A stretch of DNA of 57,568 nt, filler included, from Squatina squatina (Eukaryota), in NCBI GenBank assembly GCA_031763465.1. It is 3 parts of 3 records of this genome, joined end to end, with 100 filler letters (N's around TTAATTAATTAA, not from the genome) between each part and the next. Parts side by side here need not be neighbours in the genome. Positions count along the whole stretch, not along the records: positions 28,213 to 43,284 come from JARFOE010000007.1; positions 43,385 to 57,568 come from JARFOE010000016.1; 1 more part is not named here. One strand, given 5' to 3'. The translations under genes and the position numbers were made by a program. Position 1 is the stretch's first letter. Every line of letters starts with the position of its first letter. The notes below the pieces were generated by a model. That model worked only from the letters and a program-made list of their open reading frames with translations, ran no database searches and was not told where the DNA came from. Of this stretch, positions 35,295-47,639 are shown one piece after another.

Positions 35295-36659
35295 NNNNNN
35301 NNNNNNNNNNNNNNNNNNNNNNNNNNNNNNNNNNNNNNNNNNNNNNNNNNNNNNNNNNNNNNNNNNNNNNNNNNNNNNNNNNNNNNNNNNNNNNNNNNNN
35401 NNNNNNNNNNNNNNNNNNNNNNNNNNNNNNNNNNNNNNNNNNNNNNNNNNNNNNNNNNNNNNNNNNNNNNNNNNNNNNNNNNNNNNNNNNNNNNNNNNNN
35501 NNNNNNNNNNNNNNNNNNNNNNNNNNNNNNNNNNNNNNNNNNNNNNNNNNNNNNNNNNNNNNNNNNNNNNNNNNNNNNNNNNNNNNNNNNNNNNNNNNNN
35601 NNNNNNNNNNNNNNNNNNNNNNNNNNNNNNNNNNNNNNNNNNNNNNNNNNNNNNNNNNNNNNNNNNNNNNNNNNNNNNNNNNNNNNNNNNNNNNNNNNNN
35701 NNNNNNNNNNNNNNNNNNNNNNNNNNNNNNNNNNNNNNNNNNNNNNNNNNNNNNNNNNNNNNNNNNNNNNNNNNNNNNNNNNNNNNNNNNNNNNNNNNNN
35801 NNNNNNNNNNNNNNNNNNNNNNNNNNNNNNNNNNNNNNNNNNNNNNNNNNNNNNNNNNNNNNNNNNNNNNNNNNNNNNNNNNNNNNNNNNNNNNNNNNNN
35901 NNNNNNNNNNNNNNNNNNNNNNNNNNNNNNNNNNNNNNNNNNNNNNNNNNNNNNNNNNNNNNNNNNNNNNNNNNNNNNNNNNNNNNNNNNNNNNNNNNNN
36001 NNNNNNNNNNNNNNNNNNNNNNNNNNNNNNNNNNNNNNNNNNNNNNNNNNNNNNNNNNNNNNNNNNNNNNNNNNNNNNNNNNNNNNNAAGGAGAATGATG
36101 TACAGAGTCGCCTATCTTGCTGCAGTGACCTATCGATCTGCTGAAGTAAATAAATTTCAAAAGCTCACTATTTTTAATCTCAATTCCACAGTGAGCGCTG
36201 GCAGTACATCACTGTCACTCGACTCTCTCATTTGAGTTATTTAATCTTATTTTAATCAAATATTTTTGTTTCCTGACAGTCAAACCGATAGGCTTGTGTC
36301 ATATGCAGCTTGACAAATGGTACTACAAGATCTTGGGGGCAGGGGAGAAAGCTGGTCACCTGTAGGGAAATCAGTTCTTTTTACTTGTTAGAATGGAATG
36401 GATGCTCTAAATCACAAGTAAAGCAAAACTTCAGAAGGGTTTCAAACTAACTCTTATGCACAGTAGCTGAAAATCCTCTTGGTCACAAATCCCTTCATGG
36501 CCTCGCCCCATGCTATGTTTGCGACCTCCTCCACTCTGCACCTCCCCACTTTTCCGATTCCGACTGACTCTGCATTCCCCCTTCCTCTGTGCTGCACTGC
36601 TGGTGCCAAAAGCCATTAGTCATCATGGCCTTGCACGTTGCAGTTCTCTTCCTAAAGGC

Positions 36660-37092
36660 TTGCTACTGCAAGGATCAGTGTTGAGGCCGTTGCAATTTAC
36701 CACCTTTAACAACCACCGGGATGAAGGTGTCAAAAGGAACTATCCGCAACATGATATGTGCGGGTGTAGGATCTTAGATGAAGAAAATAGACTGCAGTCA
36801 GATCTAGGTGCACTGGGGGAATGGGCTGTGATCTGGTAGATGTCTTTTATTTTCGACAATTGTAAGGTAATGCACTTGGGTAAGGGCAACTCAAGTATGT
36901 GAACACCGTCCAGAGTTGGGAACTGAAGGCAAAATGCATATTGTGCGAGTCATTGAAGGTTCGTGACCAGTGGCACAAGGCTATTGTGAAAATAAATAGG
37001 GTGTTGGAATGTATTGCCAGAACAATTATACATAAAACAAAAAAAATACTGCCTTTATACAAGGCCTTGGTCAGATCACATCTGGAATACTT
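36660..37092 (+). mobile_element. old CR1 LINE RT fragment
   Basis: QGSVLRPLQF...LQSDL.AL.EWA..W...CKVMHLG...ILPLYKALVRSHLEY. Confidence 0.75.
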
Positions 37093-37240
37093 AATTTTAA
37101 CTCCAGGTGACTTGAGCGGGCGGATAGCAAGAGGAGGTGGNNNNNNNNNNNNNNNNNNNNNNNNNNNNNNNNNNNNNNNNNNNNNNNNNNNNNNNNNNNN
37201 NNNNNNNNNNNNNNNNNNNNNNNNNNNNNNNNNNNNNNNN

Positions 37241-38100
37241 TGTAGGATGACCTTGAGCAGCTCTGGGCCTAAAAGGCCCGGCTGCAGGCTGCACCACCTT
37301 GATACTAGTGGCAGCAGTCTGGACTGGCAGTCTGACCGGCAGCAGTAAAGGCACTAGCGGAGTGGCAGATCGCTGTCATCCTGAGAGAGGACAGCAGGTT
37401 CGTACTCCACAGAGCCACTGCCACTCCCCCGGGGTGGCGCCTCCCCATTCCTAGTAATCTGTTAGAGGTCAGATTGCTGGACTGCTGTGACACCCTGCAA
37501 GCCCCTTTCCACACTGGTAAACACAGCCACGATGGCAGCAGTCTGAGCTTGCGTGACAGCAAGCTGAGCCTTCAGCAGAGCAGTCTGCACTTCCACTGCA
37601 GCAGTGAGACATTGGGTCACTTCCGTCTGTGCTGCAAAGGAAGCTGCAAGATCGCCCATCGCACACAGCAGCATCTGTGGCTCCACAAGCTCTCTGCTGG
37701 GAGTTGTTCATCATTTCCATCCTTGAAATCCTGGACTCCAAGCTCTGCACAAAGCCCAGTGCAATGTTGGAGCTGGACTCCTCCATGCTCCTTGACACGG
37801 ACCAGACGCTGTCTGGAAAACTTGCCATTGCACCTAGCACTTCCATGTGTATGCCCATCCCACTTCTTGTGACTGCCAACCCATCAAGGTCATCATGTGA
37901 GTCCTGTGGAGCAGAACTCCTCAGGGGAGCTACTCTTTCCCCCTATCCTGGCTGCCCAGTGACTCACCACGTGCAGTTCCCACCAATATACTGCCCTCTA
38001 AAGTCCATGCAGTGCCACTTTCTGACCTGGTGTCTGAGAGTGTCAAATGCCGTGCCTTTTTTTCTTCTTCTTTGTCTGGGAATGAATGCTAAGGCCTGAA
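37241..38100 (-). mobile_element. degenerate transposon ORF, probably the Harbinger accessory (Myb/SANT-type) gene C-terminal part
   Basis: GC-rich stretch with frameshifted Ala/Gln-rich helical frames (EVLGAMASFPDS...RSMEESSS; LAASFAAQTEVTQCLTAAVEVQT). No splice structure recognised; the family assignment is inference. Confidence 0.35.
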
Positions 38101-39732
38101 TAATGCAGTGGAAAAGTAACCTCTGCATGTTCTGAATAGTGCATTTTGTAGTAAAGTCCCATGAGCTAAAGAGATAATGGTTACCAGTTGCCTATTTAAT
38201 GGGAAGCAAAAGGAGGTACATGACCCTTGTGCTAAATGTATAACATTTTTGTGAAAATATGAAGGCTTTTTAAAAAATCTATGTATTTTTATATGAAATT
38301 TACACCCTTAATATAGTTGCAGTGAAGAAATATATACATTGTTTATTCTATTGAGAGGCCTGTTTCTACTTCCATCCCTGTAGAGATTGTGTTCAGGTCA
38401 AGAAGACCTGAGTGCAAATTCCCCCAGGGTTTAATAGAGAAGGCTGCCCGTAGTCAGTTCATGTGCTGAAAGTATTATATTACTTGCCTGGTGCGTGTGG
38501 TGGCTTTGATTTCCAGTTTAAAATCAGGAGATTAGTATCGGGCGTTATATTAGCCTCCAACAATTCTAGGGCTGAAGAGACGTGAGCTTTTAACTGCAAG
38601 GAGCAATCAAAACAAATAAATGCTCATCAGTTTCACCCGACTGGTTGCTAAAATCCTGAAAATTTGCAGCAAAAGTTATGAGTTGTTCGAATTTGCCATC
38701 TTTTGAATGTAAACACGTTATTGAAAAACATAAGAGGGACAAAATGTCTGCTAANNNNNNNNNNNNNNNNNNNNNNNNNNNNNNNNNNNNNNNNNNNNNN
38801 NNNNNNNNNNNNNNNNNNNNNNNNNNNNNNNNNNNNNNNNNNNNNNNNNNNNNNCCCTCGGTTTGTTTGGATTAGATACATTCAGTAAGAACTTACTCTT
38901 TAGCTTAACGGTTATTTTTAGTTTGATTTCAATAGATATGGCAGAAGTCATGGAACACTGTGGTTGGCCGTAAAGCAGTCAACTGCAGTGACAGCACCAA
39001 GTAATTAAGAACGGTTTGTGGATTAAAATGTACTTTTGGTCACTTCTGGATTTCTGTAACACTTAGAGCACTGTTGAACTTGGTAATTTTGTCCCAGTTC
39101 TCTCAAACCTCAGAACCAGACTTCAGTAGAATAGTACATTATTAGTGGTTGCAGTATTGCTGACCCCAAATTGCACTCAGCTGTCAAGTGGGTTTGCACG
39201 ACATTAGATGTTGTACAATCGTGACAATTGATTGTTTCTAATAATATACGACTCCCAGCAGTAAATTCCATATCGTCACAAAACTGCAGTGCACAGCAAA
39301 CTGTGGAGTGCTTTCATACTGTACAACATAATTAACAAAAGATTCTTGAACAGACTTTTAAAGCAACTTTTTAAAGCCTTAAGGGCCAGTCGGATACTAG
39401 TGATGTACTTTAGTAAAGAAAGGCGTACTGTTGTCAGATCTGACCTCATAGACAATAACGCTTTTAGTTCGATAAAATGATTAATCAGGTTGGAAATCTA
39501 GCGGCAAAAAAATCTTGTTTCTTTTCAGATCTGAGTAATGTCTAGTCAGCATGTACATTTGAGGAAAACCCCAACATATCAAGGAATTCATTGCTCAATA
39601 ATACATATACAGTTCACATTCAAATATTACCGCAGAGCGTGCTTTTGTGAATCAGAGGGAAACTTGTTTGGGAATGTAATAAACGTTATAATTAGATTGT
39701 TTGATTTTTCTATTCAGAAGAATCATGCTTAC

Positions 39733-39769
39733 CTTCGCTGTTGCTCTCGTATTCAAAGCTTTGAAGAAG
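39733..39769 (-). CDS. candidate 37-nt exon of an unidentified gene
   Basis: attattttttccccag|CTTCTTCAAAG...CAGCGAAG|gtaagc has strong splice sites. Two open frames (LLQSFEYESNSE or FFKALNTRATAK). Confidence 0.35.
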
Positions 39770-40054
39770 CTGGGGAAAAAATAATTACTATAATTAAATG
39801 GTGTTGCAATAGAATTATCACCTTTCACAGTGATTAATTTCAATACATAATTCTGCTTAGTAACAGGAGATTCAGGCATGGCAACCGGAGCAGAAATTTG
39901 ATGCATTGAATGTTTTCTAACTGCTTATGAAAACAAAACTCTTACTTTTTGTCTNNNNNNNNNNNNNNNNNNNNNNNNNNNNNNNNNNNNNNNNNNNNNN
40001 NNNNNNNNNNNNNNNNNNNNNNNNNNNNNNNNNNNNNNNNNNNNNNNNNNNNNN

Positions 40055-40269
40055 ATGCCTCTCTCTAGTGCAATATTAGATTGTGGCCGACAACCAAACT
40101 TCAGTGTTTCAAGTCCATTTGGGACAGAAGGTTCGCTCTGGTCACCATACAACTTTTGAAACACATTCTTTTTGCAAACAGTGACCGAAGCAAATCTTCC
40201 CTCATTGTCCTTTGATATACCACTGCAGGCTCGAGGTATTCTAGATTCTTGTGTCACTGAAGATGGTTC
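40055..40269 (-). CDS. candidate exon of an unidentified gene, truncated by a gap
   Basis: ggttccttag|GAA CCA TCT opens about 71 codons (EPSSVTQESRIPRACSGISKDNEGRF...ALERG) running into Ns. Same strand as and just upstream of the 39733-39769 candidate. Confidence 0.3.
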
Positions 40270-43200
40270 CTAAGGAACCAATGCTTTATAAAAGCTAGAA
40301 CTGCAGATTTAACATACGAGTATGGGAGGGACTGTTTCATTCATGGTTCATGGCCCTGCACAATAGTAAATCATGTCAGGAATAAAATTCCACGTACAAC
40401 ACACCTCAACAACATTAAAACTAAGTGCCAATACTGTATAAACAGCACTTCACAAATTACTCAAACCATAATAAATCAGCTCCAGGAAAAAAAGCCCCAT
40501 ACATCACAAACCCAATTACAGTATACAGAAACTAACTGGGTACATACATCAGGAGCAGCAGTATGTGACTACCAGCAACTTAAACAGCTTATTTTAATTC
40601 TGGCCAATAGCACAAACAGGAAGCAACCATGTTGTACATTCTTTACCATAATTGCAAACAAAATAACAGAATTACATTTTCAATATGAGTAGAGAAATTA
40701 GAGAAAGAAAATACAAGGGAAAGGGACTTTGAGAGAAAAATGTGTCAGAGAGAAAATACAAGAGCGCAAGAAACAAGGNNNNNNNNNNNNNNNNNNNNNN
40801 NNNNNNNNNNNNNNNNNNNNNNNNNNNNNNNNNNNNNNNNNNNNNNNNNNNNNNNNNNNNNNNNNNNNNNNNNNNNNNNNNNNNNNNNNNNNNNNNNNNN
40901 NNNNNNNNNNNNNNNNNNNNNNNNNNNNNNNNNNNNNNNNNNNNNNNNNNNNNNNNNNNNNNNNNNNNNNNNNNNNNNNNNNNNNNNNNNNNNNNNNNNN
41001 NNNNNNNNNNNNNNNNNNNNNNNNNNNNNNNNNNNNNNNNNNNNNNNNNNNNATCTGCTGCTGGTGGTTGGGATGTTCGGGCTTAACAGGCTTCAAGCTC
41101 CACAAGTGACATCGCCACCACTTGTTCATTAAAATCACAAGTCAAGGGTGGAATTAACTGGCACACTGGTAGAAAAAAAGCTTTTCAGAAGTCGTTGAAG
41201 CCCTTAACCCGCAACCATTTTAAAAATGAGCTTTAATATGTATTTAGGTGAGAGTAACACTGTTCTTTTAAATGGCAGGTGCACTGAAACCTTGTGCACA
41301 GAAAGGAACTGTCAAGAACAATGGAAACATCTGTGGCACTACATAACAACAGTGACTGCACTTCAAAGCAATTCATTGTACGTGATGCGCTTTAGTACAC
41401 TTTTGAGAGGTGCAGTGTCAGTACAATTTCTTTCTTTCACTGTGAAGAACAAGCAAGGTTCTATAATACAGAAAAGTAAATTCATAGCTTTGTTCAAATA
41501 AATGACCATTGATATGTGCAGAGTGTAAGCGCTCATGCAGTTACCCTTTTTAATGCCACTTCCCCAAACAGCATGAAAAGCCATTGCTTTAAACACAAAC
41601 CACATTGTGGTCCAACACTAGTGCAACTTGTTGGAGCCTGACCCTCAATTTTCTTTTAGTGTTTTATTTCAACAAAGCAAACCACCATGTTTTAGATCAT
41701 CCCTAAAATAATAAGTAAGAAACTTCAACAATTGCCTCTCAGATGGTCAGAGCACAGTGGACAGTCGGTCCTGATTGAAGAGTGAGCCTTCCCTTTGTGA
41801 AGCTACATCTTGCCCAAACGCCATTCTCCCATTTAAAAGATGGAGATTATGGTAGCCCAAACATAAGCTATAGAAAAGAACAGGAAGAACACTATTGGAA
41901 AAGGATAGGGATAAAGAAAGAGTTGCAGCAACGAGAACAAGTGGGAAAGAAATTAAATTAGACAAAGATGCAAAGAAGTATGAAAACTGAAGAAAGTGCA
42001 TCTTTATTCGCAACTGTAACATGAATTCCAATTACCAAATTGCACAATGGTTAGACAAACGGCACATCACAACTTTACGATTCACTTTTCAAATGCTGCA
42101 CCCTATAATTTGGATACCTGCACTTTAAGTGAAAAAAGTTTAAAATGTCAGTTCTATAGAGGATACTGAGTGAACCTCATGCTTGTAAATGGGAGATCAG
42201 AATTACAATAATTAAGGCTCATGTTTATTTAAGAAAGCAATTATTTTGCTTTGCTGTTAATGTACTGTGCATAGGGAGCTAAATTAAAATCTGGTGATAA
42301 CCCAAGACAGAAACAGAAATGTTCATGGTAATTTGGTTTTGAAGATATTTTTTCAAAATATAGCATAAATATAACACCACCCCCACTCAAATACTTTTTC
42401 TATTTACATTGTTTCTATTTATATTTTCTGATGGGGTTTCCCCGCCACCCCCACCCACCTTCAGGGGCCCAGGCTCTGATCCCAGCCTGAACCCCCTAAA
42501 TGGGCCACAGTTACTCTAGGTGTCGGGAGGTGTGACACTACGGTGGATTTGCGGCCTGTTTTGAGTTGATTGGCAAGCGCCCTGTCTTTCCAGCGCTGAG
42601 CATCGGATTCAAGGCACTGAAGTCTCCAACTTCACACAAAATCGACTCGAAGTTTATTTTAAAATTAAAAACGCATCACTTGTGAAATTAGAAATTTGAT
42701 CTAAAATCAATCGATATGCACCATTTGTGATTAAAAAGTTCAAAATGTTCGAGAAAGTGCATACCCTTAGGAATGTGCATCATGTTGGGTGGGGGGGCAG
42801 CATTTGGGAAGCCTGTGTGCAGTTTGAAAAGAGAAACTTAGTGCTGGGAACACAATTCTCAGTTTGCTGCCTGTGTACAAGACTAAACTGAGCTGCAGTA
42901 ATACTGATATAGCCATTTACTCTATAATTCCAAACTGTCAGACCCTCTGCCTGGACCCCTGAACTGCCGTCGTGGACTGAGGCTTGATGAAAGGTAACTT
43001 TGCTGCAGTTTGTACTCTACACCAACACGCCAAGGCTTCTTTGGTAGCACATCCTGAACCCGTGACCTCCTCCACTGAGAAGGCCAGGGGCAGCAGACAC
43101 GTGGGAACACTGTCACCTCCAAGTTCTCCTTCAAGTCACTCACATTCCCGACTTCATACAGTCATGAAATGATACAGTACAGAACGAAGCCATTTGGCCC

Positions 43201-43284
43201 ATGATGCCTGTGCCAGCTCTTTGCAAGAGCAATCCAATTAGTTCCACTCCTCTGCTCTTTTGCCGTAACCAGGCAAATTTTTTC

Positions 43285-43384
43285 NNNNNNNNNNNNNNNN
43301 NNNNNNNNNNNNNNNNNNNNNNNNNNNNTTAATTAATTAANNNNNNNNNNNNNNNNNNNNNNNNNNNNNNNNNNNNNNNNNNNN
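43285..43384. other. artificial scaffold linker N44-TTAATTAATTAA-N44
   Basis: Identical structure to 28113-28212, with the 12-mer at 43329-43340. Confidence 0.95.
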
Positions 43385-43791
43385 TAGCACTTATGCTGGG
43401 TGTTTGACCATTTATAATATGTACTAGACAAATACTAGTTCTATTGTCAGTGTGGCTTGGCCTGTCCTGTCCTGCCATGATCAGCACAAAGCTTCTGTTT
43501 GCAATAGACAAGTTTAATGGAGATATATGAATTGCAGTGTCAGAAGTGGTTGAATTGTCCATATTGCTCATTTCATTTCATTTTTTAATTTTTTTAATTC
43601 TTAATATTGGTGCCTTTAGTCTTGCAGTCAAAGGGCTGTTAATTGATTCATAGTTTTTAAAAGTTAAAATTCTCTCTTGCCAAGTTAAAGCCCAGATTTA
43701 GATCTTTCTAGGTTTGCAATTTGTGGTGAAGCATGCACTCACCAAGCAATGTTCCTTTTGACTGATGTATGTATTCAAACTTATACTGTAG

Positions 43792-43881
43792 TATGCACCT
43801 GATGACTACAGCGGCCTTATTCAGATGAACGAACAAGCAAGGAGTATGTTTCAGGCACCCAAAGAGTGGGTCTGTTTGTAG
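43792..43881 (+). CDS. ESRP2: ESRP2 stop-containing cassette exon (full exon 43792-43908), canonical C-terminus
   Basis: atactgtag|TAT GCA CCT ... TGT TTG TAG encodes YAPDDYSGLIQMNEQARSMFQAPKEWVCL*, cf. human ESRP2 ...DDYTSLM...VLQAPKEWVCL*. A strong donor AAG|gtaaga follows at 43908/43909. Convergent with NFATC3, as at human 16q22.1. Confidence 0.92.
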   Translation, partial: YAPDDYSGLIQMNEQARSMFQAPKEWVCL

Positions 43882-45279
43882 ATGACCACCTTTACAAATT
43901 TCAATAAGGTAAGAGAGAAACTTCCCAGCTGGCTCTGTGGCCAGGCTTCACTCAAGTGAAATCACGTGGTGTTTCAAAACTGGGATTTTTATTTCTCTCT
44001 CTCCACCTCATCTCTGGGACTACTATCGTCTTTCTTGACACCTTCCAACGATGAGCTGCAAACACATGGTGAGGTGGTGGCAGCCACTTTTTTGAGCAGT
44101 GGCTGTTGCAGTGCTTAATCAATGGTAGAAAAGGAATTGGGTGAAGACTTTTTTTCTTGCATGACTAAGGTAATACGAATTCTCCACTCACTGCAGTAAT
44201 GCATTCACTTTGCGCACACACTAAACAAGAAGTTATTTCCACATGAGTTTAATGGAGATATTTCTTGTGTGTAGATTCTTTCCTCCAAGAAGGAACTGAA
44301 TAAATGTGGGTTCTTCCATTCTTAGAAATAAAAGCATCTTGAAGTGGAAATATTGGCAGAAAATGTTGGTGTACTATTGCACTGTTCCATAAAGTGGAAG
44401 TTGTGCCCATGCAATAAATTCTTTATTGGTTGCACTGAATGGAGACGAGATATGCAATTCCTGTAGAAGTTTGGGGAGGGGAGCAGGAGCCGGGAAGACC
44501 GAATCAACCCACCAGTGGCATTAACGGCCAAGCAGTTTCGGAATCAACTACTTGCCCTAATTTAGGTGGACTAATAATTAGAGTTTGTCAAAGACCCTCG
44601 AAAGTGGAATCGTTGACTGAGAACTGNNNNNNNNNNNNNNNNNNNNNNNNNNNNNNNNNNNNNNNNNNNNNNNNNNNNNNNNNNNNNNNNNNNNNNNNNN
44701 NNNNNNNNNNNNNNNNNNNNNNNNNNNNNNNNNNNNNNNNNNNNNNNNNNNNNNNNNNNNNNNNNNNNNNNNNNNNNNNNNNNNNNNNNNNNNNNNNNNN
44801 NNNNNNNNNNNNNNNNNNNNNNNNNNNNNNNNNNNNNNNNNNNNNNNNNNNNNNNNNNNNNNNNNNNNNNNNNNNNNNNNNNNNNNNNNNNNNNNNNNNN
44901 NNNNNNNNNNNNNNNNNNNNNNNNNNNNNNNNNNNNNNNNNNNNNNNNNNNNNNNNNNNNNNNNNNNNNNNNNNNNNNNNNNNNNNNNNNNNNNNNNNNN
45001 NNNNNNNNNNNNNNNNNNNNNNNNNNNNNNNNNNNNNNNNNNNNNNNNNACTGACCAATGTTAAGTACGTTGAACCATAATAGTTTAATTGTGGCAAATC
45101 CTATTGTTTAGCTAAACATTTTTTAAGTCTACCAGCTGGACAGGCCAAATCATTAGATTGACTTGGAGGTCAATTACCAAAATCTGCTGCTCCATCCAAG
45201 TTGCACGAGGCACACTGGAGACCCTCCAATTTTACACCAAAGAAGTTCCAAAAATCCTTCATTTTTTTTTCTTCCTCAG

Positions 45280-45438
45280 CTTCATGCAGATACGATCTTG
45301 GTTCTGTACAACTTTAATGGCCAGCCCAGTGGAGAAGCTTTGGTGACTTTCCCAACCCTTGAGATGGCTACACGAGCTGTGTCGGAAAAGAATGGACAAC
45401 TTATTGGTCATCAGTGTATAAACCTCAGATTGGTGTAA
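45280..45438 (+). CDS. ESRP2: ESRP2 terminal exon encoding the C-terminal half of a fourth qRRM (coding only if the cassette exon is skipped)
   Basis: Long polypyrimidine acceptor ttttttttcttcctcag|CTT CAT GCA ... GTG TAA, phase 0, encodes LHADTILVLYNFNGQPSGEALVTFPTLEMATRAVSEKNGQLIGHQCINLRLV*. It has the hnRNP F/H/ESRP/RBM12-type G.PSGEA.V.F motif and an .IG...I.L beta-4 strand. A gap separates it from the cassette exon. Confidence 0.75.
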   Translation, partial: LHADTILVLYNFNGQPSGEALVTFPTLEMATRAVSEKNGQLIGHQCINLRLV

Positions 45439-46111
45439 GACCCACAGATCGACTTGTCAGCCTTCATGCCCACGGGAAAAGCATGATGATTCCTTTCTAA
45501 AGGAGAGCGGCCTTGTACAGAACGCGGCAAAAAAAGGAAACTGCATGTGTAAGACACCCCCTTTCTGCCAAAGGGTTGCACACTAATGCAAAAGCCATAA
45601 TAGACTGCAATATTCTGCATCTACCTTTTTTTACCTGCCAACTCGCATTTATGATTTTGACTTTATACTGATGTGGAAGTGACTTGCAAAATTTGACAAT
45701 GCTAAGTGTAGTTAAGTTATATTTTATTTAAACCTAGTAGCTTCAGAGCCATAAGTAGACTCGCCGTTCTTAAAGTGCATGCAGTGTTTATGTTAANNNN
45801 NNNNNNCTGCTTATAGGTAATGCCTTTAATGCATGCAATAGGAATTTTTTGTATATGCCTATAAGCTATAAGGATGAATTTTTTTACACTAAGATGGCTA
45901 AGTGACAAACTATCTGCTGTTGGAGCACTAACACTTACGTTATCCATTACTTTTTCCCCCCCCCCCTCCCTGTGCCTTAATGCAAAGTGCAATATCAGCA
46001 GAACAAAGTTTTGAAAAGGCCTCGTGTGAGGCTGAGTTGTATGTACTTTAGTTAATAGAGCAAGTTTGAAACTTGCAACAGTATAAAATCGTATGCTTTG
46101 TATAGTCAAAC

Positions 46112-46117
46112 AATAAA
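46112..46117 (+). promoter_or_regulatory. candidate polyadenylation signal of ESRP2
   Basis: AATAAA about 670 nt after the terminal-exon stop, at the end of AT-rich UTR-like sequence. Confidence 0.35.
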
Positions 46118-46249
46118 AGTTTAAAGATGCATAAAAGTCTTTTTAGCAANNNNNNNNNNNNNNNNNNNNNNNNNNNNNNNNNNNNNNNNNNNNNNNNNNN
46201 NNNNNNNNNNNNNNNNNNNNNNNNNNNNNNNNNNNNNNNNNNNNNNNNN

Positions 46250-46485
46250 AGAAGATATTCAAGACAGAAATTGATAGATTTCAAGGTATTAAAGGCATCA
46301 AGGGATATAGCGATATTTCAGGAAAATGGCATTGAGGGGCCGAAAGGCCTACTCCTGTTCCTATTTCTTATGTTCGTATGAAACAACCTCTTAGCATCTA
46401 ATCTGTCAAGTCCTCTAAGAACTTTATACGTTTAAATGAGATTATTTCTCGTTCTTCTAAACTCCAGAGAATATAGGCTTATTCT
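46250..46485. mobile_element. CR1 LINE fragments in both orientations
   Basis: Plus-strand FKTEIDRF with the ggcctactcctgttcctatttcttatg tail, followed by an inverted LYSLEFRR.R.NLI.TYK piece. Confidence 0.65.
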
Positions 46486-47639
46486 ATTCAATTGGACATG
46501 AAGATATTAGAGAAATCTCCAGAGTTTATTCCATTCCACAGGCCCCTGGAGTGGAGCTAACAATCAGACAAGATCAAGGACACAATGAAATGTGCATAGA
46601 ATGGTTTGACAAGCAGGTGTTCCTACCTCATGAAGGTCTCGCATATCAATGCTTTGACCATATATAATTTATGATTAGCACCTACCAAAGCTTCTATATC
46701 ATGACTAATTTATAGATCTAACAGCTATAGCCAAATTGTCTCCAAACCTCCATTGAGATGAATGAAACTGTAGTTAGTTCATTAAATGGATACATTTTCC
46801 TATTTGATCCAGGTTGAAAATTCTGCTTTCCTTACACACATTTAACTGAAGAAGAATACATTTAAAGAAAAACAAAACAGATTTTATGTATATAGGAGGA
46901 AACACTTAAATCTTCTGAGCCACATCATTATGAGTAAGTGCAATTACATTTGCTTGTGTCTGTTGGTGAATCATAAAATACTAATCTCCATGACTGACAA
47001 CAATTTTCCTACCTTTGGAGAGCTTTGTTCACTGCAATTGTTTTTACCTACAAAGAGATGATCTCATCATTTCAGCAACCTGAAGAGTGATTGAGTACGT
47101 TTTGCTGCACAGGACAAATCAAACAATATTCAGACAATATGATCCTAATCACATCCCACGCAACAGTGAGACCAGTGTTCCAATTATTCTCATACAGTAA
47201 CCACATTGGATTATTATGTTTAAGAGTTTATCTGAATTGAGATGCATACATTTTTCAGAAGCAGCTAAATATTTTATAAACAACTAAAAAGAATTATATG
47301 TGCTGAACAGTGATTACAAACAGTAATGGCAATTACTGTCAGATGACATCACAAAACACAAGAGAGGCATTTGAGTCGCTCATAACCATCAATTTAACCT
47401 TGAGATCAACACTATGCATCAGATTTTATATAATATATATATGACGTACAGAACAACTTTATTATTTTTGTTTGTGGGAGATGTCATATTGACTAATAAC
47501 AGTGAGAATGTTCCATGTAATGATGTCCACACTGGAGGATTAACAAATGTGTCCTATTCACTGCAAATTCAGAGTAACTGCCTAAATTATTATTATAATA
47601 GGATAATCTATTTATTCTACATAAGAGGTTACCCTTATC

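Noticed and set aside
35036-36160. Long ORFs in the track spanning N runs (also 5201-6340, 29581-30294, 44439-45097, 48666-49193 and others)
   Set aside because: Their length comes from X residues across gaps; they are not real reading frames.
45163-45438. Stand-alone 91-aa ORF or RBM12-like retrocopy
   Set aside because: RRM similarity begins exactly at a strong splice acceptor (45280) and the upstream part is intron-like. It is better explained as an ESRP2 exon, though not fully excluded.
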